Shown here piece by piece: positions 12,447 through 25,824 of a stretch of 64,000 nucleotides of DNA (position 1 is the stretch's first letter; every line of letters starts with the position of its first letter). Location: contig NC_068992.1 in NCBI RefSeq assembly GCF_001194135.2, positions 58,041,765-58,105,764 of the forward strand. Direction: 5' to 3'. The stretch is from Octopus bimaculoides. Taxonomy: Eukaryota. The notes under the pieces are model-generated. The model had not been told where the DNA came from, did not search any database, and saw only the letters and a list, made by a program, of their open reading frames with translations. The position numbers and the translations under genes are program-made.

Positions 12447-12739
12447 GTATGTTTCATTTACACTCCTTCTAAAACACTTAATACCACTCCTGTTTTTGGC
12501 TGGTTTGCAAAACCACCAGAGTTAGTGGTGGTGGTGGTGGTGGAAAAAACAGGAAGGGAGAACAAGAGAGGGGGGATAGGGGTGAGTGGAGCCATTATTT
12601 TAAATATGTTTTCTTTATGGAGTGTAATGGTGATTATAATTGTGCTGATGTTGATATATGAAGGAATATGACTGGATCATCCTGATTTGAAATAGAAATA
12701 TAACATTTATAGTTTATACACTGATAGTGTCTGCATATG

Positions 12740-12885
12740 GGTATTTATATATATATATATATGTATATTAATATATGCACTATACACACACATACATACA
12801 CACACACACACACATACATACACACACACATACATACACACACACACACACATACACACACACACACACATACACACACTCACGC
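12740..12885. repeat. Compound (TA)/(CA)/(CATA) microsatellite
   Basis: Visible directly. Confidence 0.95.
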
Positions 12886-13360
12886 ACAAACATTTTGCCC
12901 CGCTCCTCTCCTTTTAGCATTGCACTTTTGAAGGGAAACATTGTTTCCTCAGCTGTCTCTAATACTTGTTATTCAAATAAACAAGTTTTGTTGAATTCCC
13001 CCCCCCCTCCCCCTCNNNNNNNNNNNNNNNNNNNNNNNNNNNNNNNNNNNNNNNNNNNNNNNNNNNNNNNNNNNNNNNNNNNNNNNNNNNNNNNNNNNNN
13101 NNNNNNNNNNNNNNNNNNNNNNNNNNNNNNNNNNNNNNNNNNNNNNNNNNNNNNNNNNNNNNNNNNNNNNNNNNNNNNNNNNNNNNNNNNNNNNNNNNNN
13201 NNNNNNNNNNNNNNNNNNNNNNNNNNNNNNNNNNNNNNNNNNNNNNNNNNNNNNNNNNNNNNNNNNNNNNNNNNNNNNNNNNNNNNNNNNNNNNNNNNNN
13301 NNNNNNNNNNNNNNNNNNNNNNNNNNNNNNNNNNNNNNNNNNNNNNNNNNNNNNNNNNNN

Positions 13361-13650
13361 GAGCGAAAACACCAAAAGCTCCATGAGGTTCTAGCAGGGG
13401 GTGGTGGCGAACCCTGCTGTACTCTTTCACCACAACTTTCTCTCACTCTTATTTCCTGTTTCTGTTGTGCCTGTAATTCAAAGGGTCAGCCTTGTCACAC
13501 TGTGTCACGCTGAATATCCCTGAGAACTACGTTAAGGGTACACGTGTCTGTGGAGTGCTCAGCCACTTGCATGTTAATTTCACGAGCAGGTTGTTCCGTT
13601 GATCGGATCAACTGGAACCCTCGACGTCGTAAGCGATGGAGTGCCAACAA
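13361..13650 (+). mobile_element. SINE-like interspersed repeat (5' end in gap)
   Basis: GC-richer, CpG-retaining 290-bp block unlike its flanks, ending GGAGTGCCAACAAC; not assigned to a family. Confidence 0.45.
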
Positions 13651-13719
13651 CATTATATAACAGACTCTTTGGACTATGCTTACCTTAAAGAAACAGATAT
13701 CATGCCTTTTCAGAAGTCA

Positions 13720-13890
13720 TTATCATCATCATCATTTAATGTTTGTTTTCCATGCTGGCATGGGTTGGACAGTTTGAAAGGAGCTGACGGGCTGTTCGGG
13801 CTCCATGTCTGTTTTGGCATGGTTTCTACGGCTGGATGCCCTTTCTAACGCCAACCACTTTACAGAGTGTACTGGGTGCTTTTTACACAG
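13720..13890 (-). mobile_element. RTE-type 3' tail
   Basis: (CAT)n TTTAATGTTTGTTTTCCATGCTGGCATGGGTTGG...CTAACGCCAACCAC. Confidence 0.7.
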
Positions 13891-14390
13891 CACCAGCACC
13901 TATGAGCCTGCAATATTTATGGTTGAGCCTGTATGTGAGAGCAACCATGCTTTTAATTTGCTTGATGTGTCTTTTCAAACACAGCAAACCCACCAGGAGT
14001 CTGTTTGTTTAACCTTCAGTGTGGAAATGTATTGTACTGGGGCTGAAATATTTAGTTTGTTTGTTCATTTGTTTTATGTCTGTTTTTCTATGATAGCATG
14101 TGTTGGATGAGTGCGTATCATTGAGGCTCTGTTTTACAGCTAGATGCCCTTCCTGTGCTAATCCTTGGTTGTCCAGTGAATTTTTTTTTTTTTTTTTTTT
14201 TTTGTTTTCATTCCTCTTGTCTTAGAAGGCATAGAGCTAAACAATGATTTTGCTAATAAGGAATGTCAAGAAATCACATCATTTGTTTACTTAATGCTTT
14301 CATGTGTGAAGTGCAGACTGTATAATGGGCAAATAAAAGAAATCATTACTTTCATCTTTATTATTATCATTATTATTATTATTATTATTA

Positions 14391-14560
14391 AGGTGGCGAG
14401 CTGGCAGAATGGTTAGCATGCTGGGCATTTTGTCTGTTTTCAAGTTCTGATTTCAAACTCCTCCAAGGTCGACTTTGCCATTCATCCTTTTGGGGGTCAA
14501 TGAAATTAGTACCAGTCATGTACTGGAGTCAATGTAATCAACTATCTTCCTTTGACCCAC
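14391..14560 (+). mobile_element. SINE family B
   Basis: AAGGTGGCGAGCTGGCAGAATGGTTAGC head after an (ATT)n tract. Confidence 0.7.
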
Positions 14561-14727
14561 CTGACAAATTCACCTTTTTATATATATATATATATATATA
14601 TATGTATGATGAACTCTCCCGTCAAGGATGACTTATGAGTGTTCAGACTTTGCACCAAATGACCTGCATATATGATTTGTTTATAGTGATCAACTGTATG
14701 TGTTGCACATCCACTCACTCCCTCCAT

Positions 14728-14789
<62 letters not shown>

Positions 14790-14796
<7 letters not shown>

Positions 14797-14970
14797 AAAA
14801 AGCACTCACTACACTCTCGTGGTTGGCATTAGGAAGGGCATCCAGTTGTAGAAACTTTGCTAGATTAAATTGGAGCCTGGTGCAGCCTTCTGGCTTTCCA
14901 GCCCTTAGTCAAACCATCCAACCCATGCCAGCATGGAAAGCAGACGTTAAACAACAATGATGATGATGAT
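14790..14970 (+). mobile_element. RTE 3' tail
   Basis: GTAAAAAGCACTCACTACACTCTCGTGGTTGGCATTAGGAAGGGC...(GAT)n. Confidence 0.75.
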
Positions 14971-15689
14971 ATATAAATACACACATGCATAGATATAATT
15001 CAGTTTCGGTGTTATATTTACACATACACTCATACATATACACCGTCCTCATGCATGCACACATAAACATACACATTATCCTTTGAACAGAATAAATATC
15101 ATACTGTGTGCTTCTCTCGTTTAACATTTCTCAAACACCAAATCTCGTTTTGTTTTCATTTCAGTTCTGTTTCTAATCAAAATGTTTTGTTTTCTCATCA
15201 AGGTTAAACCTACTCTACTACTTCTTAGATCTTCAGTATGCATGTGTGTGTATGTATGTATGTGTGTGTGTGTGTGTGTGATTAATATATGCTCTCCACT
15301 TGTTGATCAACAACCGAATAAGATTAGGGTTTGTCATGTAAGCTTGCTGCCACAAATACTTGTTCTCTTGTCTTGTTAACAAGAAAAGAACGGGAAGAAG
15401 AAAACAAAACTAAAATGAAATTGAAACCATTGAACTCTCCTCACGTCTTAAGATTTCCTTAGAAGGAAAAGGTTTTCAGGAATGTTAAATGTTGGCAGAT
15501 TAGGGTTCTATACAGGGATGACAAAGAGAGGCTTCTCACTGGTTTATTAATACAGTAAACCATGTGATCTTGGGTTCAGTCCCACTGTGCAGCACCTTGA
15601 GCAAGTATCTTTTCCTATAGCTATAGGCCAACCAAAGCCTTGTGAGTGGATTTGGTCGATAGAAGCTTAAAAGAAGCTGTCATGTATAT

Positions 15690-16045
15690 ATATCTTTTAT
15701 CTGTTTCAGTCATTAGTCCGTGGCCATGCTGGGGCACCACCTTGAAGAATTCTTTTAGTCAAATGTATCGATCCCAGTACTTTTTTTTTTTAACCTGATA
15801 CTTTTACTATTGGTCTCTTTTGCCGAACCACTAGTTATGGGGACGTAAACACACCAACACTGGTTGTCAAGCAGGGGGTGAGGAGCACACACACACCCAC
15901 ACACACATGATGAGCTTCTTCCAGTTTCTTTCTACCAAATTCACTCAATAAAGCTTTGGTGGGCCTGAGGCTATAGTAGATGCCAGAGTGGGACTGAACC
16001 GGGAACCATGTGGTTGGGAAGCAAGCTTCTTACCACACTTGCACC

Positions 16046-16050
<5 letters not shown>
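15690..16050 (-). mobile_element. SINE family A
   Basis: Tail, body with internal (CA)n and head all present in reverse complement. Confidence 0.7.
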
Positions 16051-16078
<28 letters not shown>

Positions 16079-16093
16079 TGCTCTCTCTCTCTC

Positions 16094-16167
<74 letters not shown>
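16040..16167. repeat. (CT)n-(TA)n microsatellite
   Basis: Visible directly. Confidence 0.95.
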
Positions 16168-16169
<2 letters not shown>

Positions 16170-18127
16170 TGTTTAGTTAATAACACCTTTGTTAAAATAA
16201 AAAGAAAGGGGAAGCATCCTTGTTGTACAAGGGACATTTTGTTTTAAGTCTTCCATGAAAAACATGTCTGGCTATGAGGAAATATTTCCTTGCTTGGAAA
16301 CAGGTGAGGGCTGGAGACCAGAAGGACATGATGTGGAACCGAAGTAAAATACCGTAACTTGAGTGCCAATACTAGCTAGTTTGCTGCATGTAATATTGTT
16401 ATCAGACCGATTAGCAGAAGCATAGGGATGAAGGACAAAATGCGTTTTTCCATTTCTTCTAGCTCCCTACTTTATTAGTTTTAATGCCATCAAGGTTGAC
16501 TTTGCTTTTAATCCTTTTGGAGCTGTTAAAACAAGTACCAGTTGAGTGATGAGGTTGATGTATTCAATATCCCCCTCCCATCAAAATTGCTGGCCTTGTG
16601 CCAAAATTAGAAAAATCATAAAACAACTGGCAGAAACGTTTGCCATCATCATCATTTAACGTCCGTCTTCCATGCTGGTATGGGTTGGATGCTTTGACAG
16701 GAACTGGCAAGAAACCAGAGGACTGCACCAAGCTCCACTGTATGTTTTGGCGTGGTTTTACAGTTGGATACCCTTCCTAGCGCCATCTGGAATAAATGAC
16801 CTTTGTTTTGGCTTTTTATATTTTAAGTTCATATTTTGTCAAGGTGAACTTTCTTTTCATCCTTTGAGAGTCAGTAAAATAAAGTACCAAAGTACCTTAC
16901 AAGTACTGGAGATGATGGGATTGACTAAACACCTCTCTCAAAATTGCTGGCATTGTGCCTGAACTAGAAGCAAATATTGTAAGCAGGTATGGGCAACCTT
17001 TCTTGAGAAGCAGGCTGCATAAGACATAACTCCTTATCAGGATGATTGCTGTACTAAAATAAATTCAAGGTAAATTTTCATTTAAGCATGCCATTCAGAA
17101 AGTCCCATGGGCCATAGTTATCTCATAACTGCATAAGAATATCAGACAGTCCTTTGGGTTATTTATGATTATGTTCTGAGTTCAAATCCTCCCATGGTTA
17201 ACTTTTTGGAGGTCATAAAATAAAGTGTCAAGTACTGAAGCCAGTGTAATTTATTTAATCTCTTTCCTTTAAAATTGTTGGCCTTGTAAAAATTAGAACC
17301 AAGACTTTTTCCTGCCTCCTTTCTAAACCTTTTGGTATCAACCTACCAGAGACCATCACCTGGTTCTATGATATAAATTTCCTGTGAAAATATTAAAGTG
17401 ATTTATATTAAAAATCTTTCATCCAAATTTTATTTTAATTTGTGTTCCAAACACCAGATTAGCAATGACAAAAGTTATTTTACTAAATCCTCCATTATTT
17501 TCAAAATCAATTGAAACAAAAGCAGTGTATTTCAAAAGAAACAGTAACAAATGGGCTAATAAATACTAATGGCATTAGAACTAATTACTAATTCTCAGAG
17601 TTATTCTGGCTCGTGAAAGGATTAACTTAATAAAATATTATTCCATTTCAGTGTTTTATCCTTTTGCACCTAACCATAAATTGAACTTGGTCTTTAATGT
17701 CAATTCAATTTAGTTTCATTTCAAATTTGAAGAAAGAAAAAGAAAACTACCCAAAATGCAATTACTTGTTGCAAGCATATGATGAAATTTTTGTTTTCTC
17801 CAATCACAGATTTGTTATCTAAGATAAGTAAATGACTGGAAGAACTACATTTTCTATATGCAATTACTCCCAACCTGTCCTTACCATTATATTCATATAT
17901 TGGGATAAGTATTTGAACCCCATATTGGAAATGAAAGACAAAATTAAAAGGCTATTGAAAATTTTCTCAGCGTGTCCATCTGTATTTTAATAAATTTGCT
18001 GCTGCTTCTACTACTACTACCGTTACCATTGCTGCTGCTGCTACTACTACTACTATGACCATCACCAAGGCCACCACCAACACAATTACCAAAGAATACC
18101 TGATAGAGATTGTGTTCTTAGGTACTG

Positions 18128-18159
<32 letters not shown>

Positions 18160-18876
18160 ATATGCTTATTGTATTTCTGTTTGTGTGTAACCAATTTAGC
18201 TTTATTTGTATAACCTGTAACTTCCACCATATGACATGACATTGAATGAAGTTGAATCATCTAATTTATAAGTACTGAAATAACCTAATTAAGGGGAAAA
18301 AAACCTGGTAAACAAAGCAAATGGAAAATTTCCCCAAATGCCCTTTTCTCTTTGCCCCAATTATTTTTTTTCCTCAATAAACATTTGATTGCATGTATTG
18401 GTTTAAGGAGTGGCATTGGTGTAATTGACTTATGGCTCCTTAACTGGTACTTATTTTGCAAACCCTGAAAGGATGAAAGGCAAACCCGACCATGGTAAAA
18501 TTTGAACTTGGAACGTGAAGACAGATGAAATGCTGCTAGCATGCTAATGACTGCCAGTTTGCCTACCTTTAACTTGATTGAACATATTGGTATCTAAGAC
18601 AGGTATTCAGTCAAGCAAACAAAATTGTAGTAAACAAAAAAAAAAAACATTAAGAAACTATTGATGAGTAATTATAGTAGTGATAGTAGTGGTGGTAGCA
18701 GTAGTGTGGTTAGGGAAGCTCACTTTGCAACCATATAGTCTTGGTTCAGTCTTAGCTGCTTGTCACCCTTGGATAAAGTGACTTTTGCTATAGTCGTGGT
18801 CCCGACTGAAGCTTTGTAAGTGAATCTAGTTGACAAAAACTGTGTGGAAGCCTTGTCATACTTACACACGCACGCA

Positions 18877-18921
<45 letters not shown>

Positions 18922-19166
18922 GTGTGTGTGTGTGTTTCATCTCCTACTCCTCTTGACAACTGATGTTAGTTTGTTTATGTCCCTGTAACTTAGTGGGTTG
19001 GTAAAGAGACTGATAGAATAAGTACTGGAGGCAAATTGTTCAGCTAAACCCACATGCTTCTGGGTTTAGTCCCACTGTGTGACACCTTGGGCAAGTGTCT
19101 TTTACTATAGCCGTGGGCTGACCAAAGCCTTGTGAGTGAATTTGGTAGACGGAAACAGAAAGAAGC

Positions 19167-19210
<44 letters not shown>

Positions 19211-19598
19211 GTGTGTGTGTGTCTGTGTTTGTCCCCGTGTTATCACTTGATAACCAATGCTGGTGTGTTTACGTCTCTGTAACTTAGTGGTTCAGCAAAA
19301 GAGACTGAAAGAATAAGTACTTGGCTTACAGTGAATAAGTATTGGGGTCGATTTCTTTGACTATAACCCTTTAAAGTGGTGCTTCAGCATGGCCACAGTC
19401 AAATGACTGAAACAAGTAAAAGAATAGACCCCTACTTGACAACTGGTATTGATTTGTTTACGCTTCTGTGACCTAGTAGTTTGGTAAAAAGTAACTGAAA
19501 GAATATAAATACCAGATTTATTTGACTGAACACTTTGAGATGGTGCCCCAGCATGGCCACCGTCTAGTGACTGAAACAAGTAAAAAAAGTAACAGATA

Positions 19599-19652
19599 TG
19601 TACATCCATATTCTCATGTACATCCATATTCTCGTGTACATCCATATTCTCA
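19599..19652. repeat. 18-bp tandem repeat x3 (TGTACATCCATATTCTCA)
   Basis: Units at 19599, 19617 and 19635 with one substitution. Confidence 0.9.
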
Positions 19653-19949
19653 TGTTAGATGGATGTGATGGTGAATGAAGGTAGTGGCGCATAAAAAATG
19701 GGCATCAATCTTAGCGATGCAGAATAATAGCTGTTTGTGAAGAAGAAATCTTGAATACATCAGGTTTCAGGCAGCTTGTTGTTTGGTTCTTAAAGATTAA
19801 GCTGGAAGCTTGTCATTTTTACTCTTCATTTATTCGAGCGCATAAATTCTTTTTGACATAATACATATCAGATATTTAAAGCCATAAACTCTATCTATGA
19901 ATGGTTAACTGTGCAGTGATCTCTTGACACTTCCAAGAAATAGTTAAAT

Positions 19950-20111
19950 GCAGGCATGACTGTGTGGTAAGAAGTTTCAGTTCCAACCACATGGTTCTGG
20001 GTTCAGTCCCATTGCATAGTGCCTTATATAAGTGTCTTTCGTTATAGATTTTGGGCTGACCAAAGCCTTGTGAGTGAATTTGATGGACAGAAGCTGAAAA
20101 CAGAAGCCCAT

Positions 20112-20144
<33 letters not shown>

Positions 20145-20410
20145 CTTTGTGTTTGTGCCCCGGCAGCACTTGACAGCTGGTGCTGGTTTGTTTATGTCCC
20201 CATAATTTAGTGGTTCTGCATAAGAGACTGACAGAATAAGTATCAAGCTTAAAAAAATAAGTACTGAGGAGAATTTGTTTTGACTAAACCCTTCAAAGCA
20301 GTGCTCCAGCACGACCTCAGTCCAAAGACTGAAACAAGTAAAATAAAATAAAATAAACAAGGTAGTGCTACAGCATGGCCACAGTCCAAAAACTGAAACA
20401 AGTAAAAGAA
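19950..20410 (+). mobile_element. SINE family A with duplicated tail
   Basis: Head GACTGTGTGGTAAGAAG...GGGTTCAGTCCC, internal (TG)n, and two CTGAAACAAGTAAAA tails. Confidence 0.7.
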
Positions 20411-22039
20411 TAAAAGAAAAAAAAAAGGAAAAAACAAAAAGAAGTATTGTGGAATAGGAAAGGTACAAATTGATAGTCATTTGAGCGCCAGGTTGAAAAC
20501 CATTCAGAGGTTCTTTCTGGTGCTCTGTGTTCTGAGTTCAAATCCTGCTGAAGTCTGCTTTGTCTCTCATCCTTTAGGAATTGATAAAATACTAGTCCAG
20601 TTCTGGGTTTACTGTCTTCTCTTGAAAGAAATCTGCCTTGTTCAGACCTGGAGAAAGACGGAATCTAACAGGTTTATTTGCTCTTGACACACCATATGTC
20701 CCAGTGGTGTCAACCACTGCTCTCTAAGAGGTTGAGGGCTTGAGGAAGGAAGTGAATTTTTTTCTTTTTTCTTTTCTTGTTTTGCAATTCAGTTATCATT
20801 GAAATTACATCCTTAAGGCAGTTTGACAGGGACCGACTAGTTGTGTTGAATGGGGAAAATGTTTCGTTGCTCAGACAGAAAGATTTTGTAGACTTTAGAT
20901 ATGAAGGGAAAAGAAAAATGCTTTATGGCATTTCAGTAAGGGTATGTTTGGGAATGGAGGAAGCAGGCATTAAAATGATGACATGATGATGGTGATACTG
21001 ATTTAATTTGATATTTCAGTATAACTGCTGAATATCTAAACTATGCCTGCTGTATACGTATCACTCGGAAAGAAACTAATTTAATTAGTTGTTGCTAATT
21101 TGGTGAAGCTTGGCAAGACATACCAATGAAAAATATGATACACAAACAGATGTCTAGAAATGAGTTAAATGTAAGAAAACAATATGAAAGTGTCATCTCA
21201 ATAATGTTGACTTAATTTGATGATTCAAATAGAAATGCAAATTGAAAAGCATTAAAAAGAGGGGAGTAAGAATTTTTTTTCTTTTTCCTTTTTTTCCCTC
21301 CCCCACTTTTTTTTTGTTAATCCCATAACTACTCAGTTAATTTTTCAGCTTTTAATTTTCTAGTGTTGGCTGGGCAGAACCAGTTATTCAGTTTCAGGTT
21401 TTAACTTTAGAACATATAAATAGGTGTGTCTTTATTATCATTATTATTATTATTATTACTTTTATTATTATTATGTTGGCAAGCTGGCAGAATTGTTAGT
21501 ACACTGGTGAAAGTGCTTAGCAGCATTTCATCCATCTTTATGTTTTGAGCTCAAATTCCACCAAGGTTGACTTTGCTTTTCATCCTTTTGAGGTTGATGA
21601 ACTAAGTACCAGTTACACTCTGGGGTTGATGTAATCGACTGTACCCGTCACTCAAAATTTCAGGCCTTGTGCCTTTAGTAGAAAGGATTGTTGTTACTAT
21701 GGCACTGTGGGTGACTTTTGCCTTTTCTTGCTTTTGGAATCAATAAAGTAATGCCATTTGAACACTGTGTTATCAACTAGTTTCCTTCCTTAGAATTTGT
21801 ACCTAAAGTAGAAAGGGTTTTGTATTATCATGGCAATGAGCTGGCAATGAGCTGGCAGAAATGTTTGTGCTTAGAGACATTTGTTTAGGTTCTTTATGAC
21901 TCTCCCTGTTTGGGCAAACAGTGTATAGAAGCTTGCCAGGTGGATTGTATCCGAAATCCAGCAAGACAGCTTAGTCCCTCACCATATCTTGTTGATTCTA
22001 CCTGAGAATGACTTTAAGCGTGCCACATATCTTAATTCT

Positions 22040-22262
22040 TTATTGCCCGCAAGGGGCTAAACATAGAGGGGACAAACAAGGACAGACAAAGGGATTAAGT
22101 CGATTACATTGACCCCAGTGCATAACTGGTACTTATTTAATTGACCCCGAAAAGATGAAAGGCTAAGTCGACCTCGGCGGAATTTGAACTCAGAGCGTAG
22201 CGGCAGACAAAATACTGCTAAGCATTTCGCCTGGTGTGTTAACGATTCTGCCAGCTCGCCGC
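22040..22262 (-). mobile_element. SINE family B variant with GGGGCTAAACATAGAGGGGAC tail
   Basis: Minus-strand head GGCGGCGAGCTGGCAGAATCG (A-box-like) and GAGTTCAAATTCC (B-box-like); same as 36450-36663. Confidence 0.75.
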
Positions 22263-23051
22263 CTATCTGTGGAATGCTTGGCCACTTGGACGCTTATTTA
22301 ATGTGCAGGTAATTCAGCTGATTGAACAGCTGCAACCATCATCATCAAAACTGATGGAGAAGCATCCATGTTATGTAATAGTAATGATGATGATGATGAT
22401 ATTCATCATTTAACGTTTGTCTTCCATACTGGCATCGGTTGGATGGTTTGACAGGAGCTGGTAAGCCAGAGATCTGTACCAAGCTCCCCTGTCTGCTTTG
22501 GCATGGTTTTTATAGCTGATGCCTTTCCTAATGCCAGAACAAGGTCTGAAATTTTGGCGGTAGGAGTTAAGTTGATTACATCAACCCCAGTGCTCAACTG
22601 GTACTTATTTCATTGACACCTCAAAAGGATGAAAGGCAAAGTTGACCTTGGAGGAATGTGAACTCAGAATGTTAAGACAGATGAAATGCTGCTAAGTGCT
22701 TTGTTCAGCAATGCTAACGATTCCGCCAACTAGCTACCTTCATATTATATAATGAAAATAATGGTAATAATTCTTTTTACAATAGGTACAGTGCTTGAGA
22801 TTTTGGAGGTAGCGGGATTGTCAATTACACCAACCCCGGTGCTCAACAATGTAAAGAGCTGGCAGAAATGTAGTTAAGCATTTTGTGAAGCATGATGAAG
22901 ATTCTGCCAGTTACGATTATCATTATCTAATAATAATAAGTGTGTGTGTGTGTGTGTGTGTGTTCATGTGCGTGTATATTGAAGCAAATTTAGAAATAAT
23001 ACATTTCTAAATCTCTCAGAGAGATTTTTGCAGTAGTGATACATTGAAGTT

Positions 23052-23393
23052 GTTGTATGCTGTCAACTTAATGTGACAGTCCCATGAAGGGAATAATACT
23101 ACTGTTGTTTTGACCTAGGAAGCTGCACCGCTTCCTGTTGGCCTTGACACATTTCCTGTGTCCTTATGTTTACAATGGGGAGACAAGCACCTCCAGAGAC
23201 ATGTTTCTGAGTCTTTGTTCATCATCAGTCTGGAGTAGCATGACTTGCTAGTCGAAGATGCCTGTCAAGCTCTAAACATAAGGACACAGGAAATGTGTTA
23301 AGGCTGACAGGAAGTGGTGCAGCTTCCTAGGCCTAAACAACAGTAGTAGTATTCCCTTCACGGGACTGTCACATTAAGTTGACAGCATACAAC
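23052..23393. mobile_element. Fold-back element: 121-bp inverted arms around a 100-bp spacer containing a hammerhead; Penelope-like non-autonomous element
   Basis: 23052-23172 is the reverse complement of 23273-23393 with only scattered mismatches; HHR lies in the spacer. Confidence 0.75.
23191..23235 (-). ncRNA. Minimal type I hammerhead ribozyme
   Basis: Minus strand: CTCCAGA-CTGATGA-TGA ACAAAGAC TCA-GAAA-CAT-GTC-TCTGGAG. 7-bp stem I, intact core, palindromic ACATGT stem III, GUC site. Confidence 0.8.
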
Positions 23394-24734
23394 TACTATT
23401 GAAGCAAATGTTGAGAAGATTATTCTTGTTATAGTGCAGTTTGAAATGCTCTTAATTTTAATGATTTGATAAGAGTTAATGAACCTTGGTGATGGGATGT
23501 GGAGGGTGTTGTCAATTTCTGTATGGAATGTGGTGGTGGTGGTGGTGGTGGTAGTAGTAGTAGTAGTAGGAAGAAAGCTTGCTTATCTCGCATGTGGTAT
23601 GTGGTCACGATTGTGGTGATGAGGGTCAGGTGAGACCGGCTCCATCTGAAACATGGAATGTATGTAGGCCGCGCGCACGTGTTTATGTCAGAATATGTGT
23701 GATATGTTGATGACAGTGTTATGTTTGCAGTAAATATCATCAAAGCTAGCAGAGATATCATATCTTTTAAGTTCATAGTTGCATCTTCAAGAAGGATGTT
23801 AAATCAGTTTGTCTCTGCTACGCTACTGCAGGACTATACATACTTAAACGTATAACTTATAACAGAGATGTGTGGTACAGGAAGGTTTCTTGGCATCCAA
23901 AGTGTTGGCTGGTGTACATATAGACATGTGTAATGTTTGTTTAGTTCTATATCTGTTTTTATTGAACTGTACTGATCAAACCACACCATCCCATTTTCAT
24001 TTTTCATTAAGTCCTGTGAGTGGATTTTGTTGGTGGAAACTGAAAGAAGCCTGTCATGTGCGTGTGTGTATTTATAAACACACACATGCATGTGCACTTG
24101 CCAGTTTAGCTGGGCCACTGTTATCTCCAAATGATAAAGATCAAAAACAAACAAAAAAAATAGAACACTTTCAACAACATGGCAGCCATATTGCGTATTC
24201 CTCACACTTAGAAATCAAAACTTGCGTTTGATTTGATTATTTTTCTTGTCAAACTTGGTATTAGATTTAAAATATAATTTTTTTTGTTTAAATAACAATT
24301 GAGTTACACATTCTTCATTCATCTTTGTTTGAAAGAATTGAACTAAAATATTGTCTAATGATTTTTTTTCTTATTTGCTGCATGCTGTGTGTGGTCTTTA
24401 TATTGATATTTTATCAAGGATTTGAGTACAGTTAAGCTCTTAAAGTAAGCTGCCCATGACCTAGTTTGTAGGGTTTTTTTTTTTTATATTATATTATATT
24501 ATATTATATTGAAACTGTTTCGCTTCACTTAGTCATCTAGTGTTACTCGGAAATCCTAAATGTCTCAATTTTCTTGATTCCATTAAAAAAGAAAAAAAGA
24601 GTCCTCTACAAGGAAAAAAAAAAAAGAAAAAAACTATTCTAAATCAATGCATTTTGTAAGAAATCAGTGATTGGAAACTTTTCTCTTGGCAGTAAATCTC
24701 ATTTGTTACTCGTATTCCTCATAGAATTCTCAGT

Positions 24735-24899
24735 TTAGATATTAGATTGAATGGCGGTTCTTTGAAGTGCTTGCAGAAATTTTCCATTTTCCTTCTTTGA
24801 AGATATCGAAAGGTAATGTTGGAAGCAGACGGTTCTTTCCTTGCTAGTAAAATCCACTTTCCTCTGTTTTAATTCCTGGCTGAAGCGCTTCCACCTGAC
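24735..24899 (-). CDS. Candidate terminal exon of an unidentified minus-strand gene (VRWKRFSQELKQRKVDFTSKERTVCFQHYLSISSKKENGKFLQALQRTAIQSNI*)
   Basis: 54 open codons in unique sequence, phase 0 and compatible with exon 26899-26943; the acceptor (GATGTAG|) is weak. Confidence 0.35.
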   Translation of the reverse strand, partial: VRWKRFSQELKQRKVDFTSKERTVCFQHYLSISSKKENGKFLQALQRTAIQSNI

Positions 24900-25824
24900 C
24901 TACATCGTTAACATATCTGAGAAATTAGGAACAAGATAATGTTTGTCGACATAAGACATCATTATAATTTAATAGCTTGCAATATATGTAAAGCTAGAAT
25001 TTATTAAAACTGAAATATCAAATATATTCTTCCTTTTATTCCGTAGTTTGATAAATCTGATTGCTCTAATTTCATTATATATGTATATATCAGGATTTTA
25101 AATTGCTTTGTACCAACTTACTTAAATATGAAATGATGTATTTAGTTACATCCTTTTATATTCATCATCATCATTATCATCTAATGTTCACTCTTCCATG
25201 ATAGCATGGGTCAGATGGAATTTTTTGAGGCAGATTTTCTATGACTGGATACCCTTCTTGTTGCCAACCCTCAGCTGTTTCTAAGCAAAATAATAGTTTA
25301 ATATTTCTCTATGGCCAGACACAGAAGATTGGAAACAAACATCATCACTTGTTCAGCAGTGGTACTCATTTACAACCATCACATAATATCAAGACAATTA
25401 GTATGTCCACGCCTGCACACACACCTGTTTCCATATCAGGTAATATTTCCCCATGACCAGACGTGTTTCACAGAAGACTGCAAGTGAACAACATTGCTTT
25501 TGCAAGAGAGAGACACTTGTTTACAACCACCACATGATGTCTGTCATATGTGCACACACACACACACACACACACACACCTATGTATGGTTGATCTGGAG
25601 TTATGGTAGAAGATACTTGCCCAGCATTTGCTGTGGAGCTGAACCCTAGTCACACGATTGGGAAGCAAGCCTGTACTTATAGTTGATTTAATTAACTCTC
25701 CACTCCTCAAAATTATGACCTTGTGCCTGTGTTAGAAACTATTATTATTATTATTATTATCATCATCATCATCATCATTAAGGTGGCGAGCTGGTAGAAT
25801 TGTTACTGTAAATATATTTTTATA

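Noticed and set aside
21932-21965. Hammerhead-like CTTGC…GGAT TGT ATCC GAAA TCCA GCAAG
   Set aside because: Stems I and II are present but the CUGAnGA core and the UH site are missing; at most a dead relic.
12412-24726. 21-nt near match TTATTCGTATTCCTCATGGAA (12416) versus TTACTCGTATTCCTCATAGAA (24706)
   Set aside because: Short and AT-rich, plausibly a chance match in 64 kb; flanks do not align.
24719-24916. Alternative terminal-exon frames (YVNDVGQVEAL…, RGKWILLARKEP…)
   Set aside because: Each is closed by an in-frame stop; only the VRWKRF frame is continuous.
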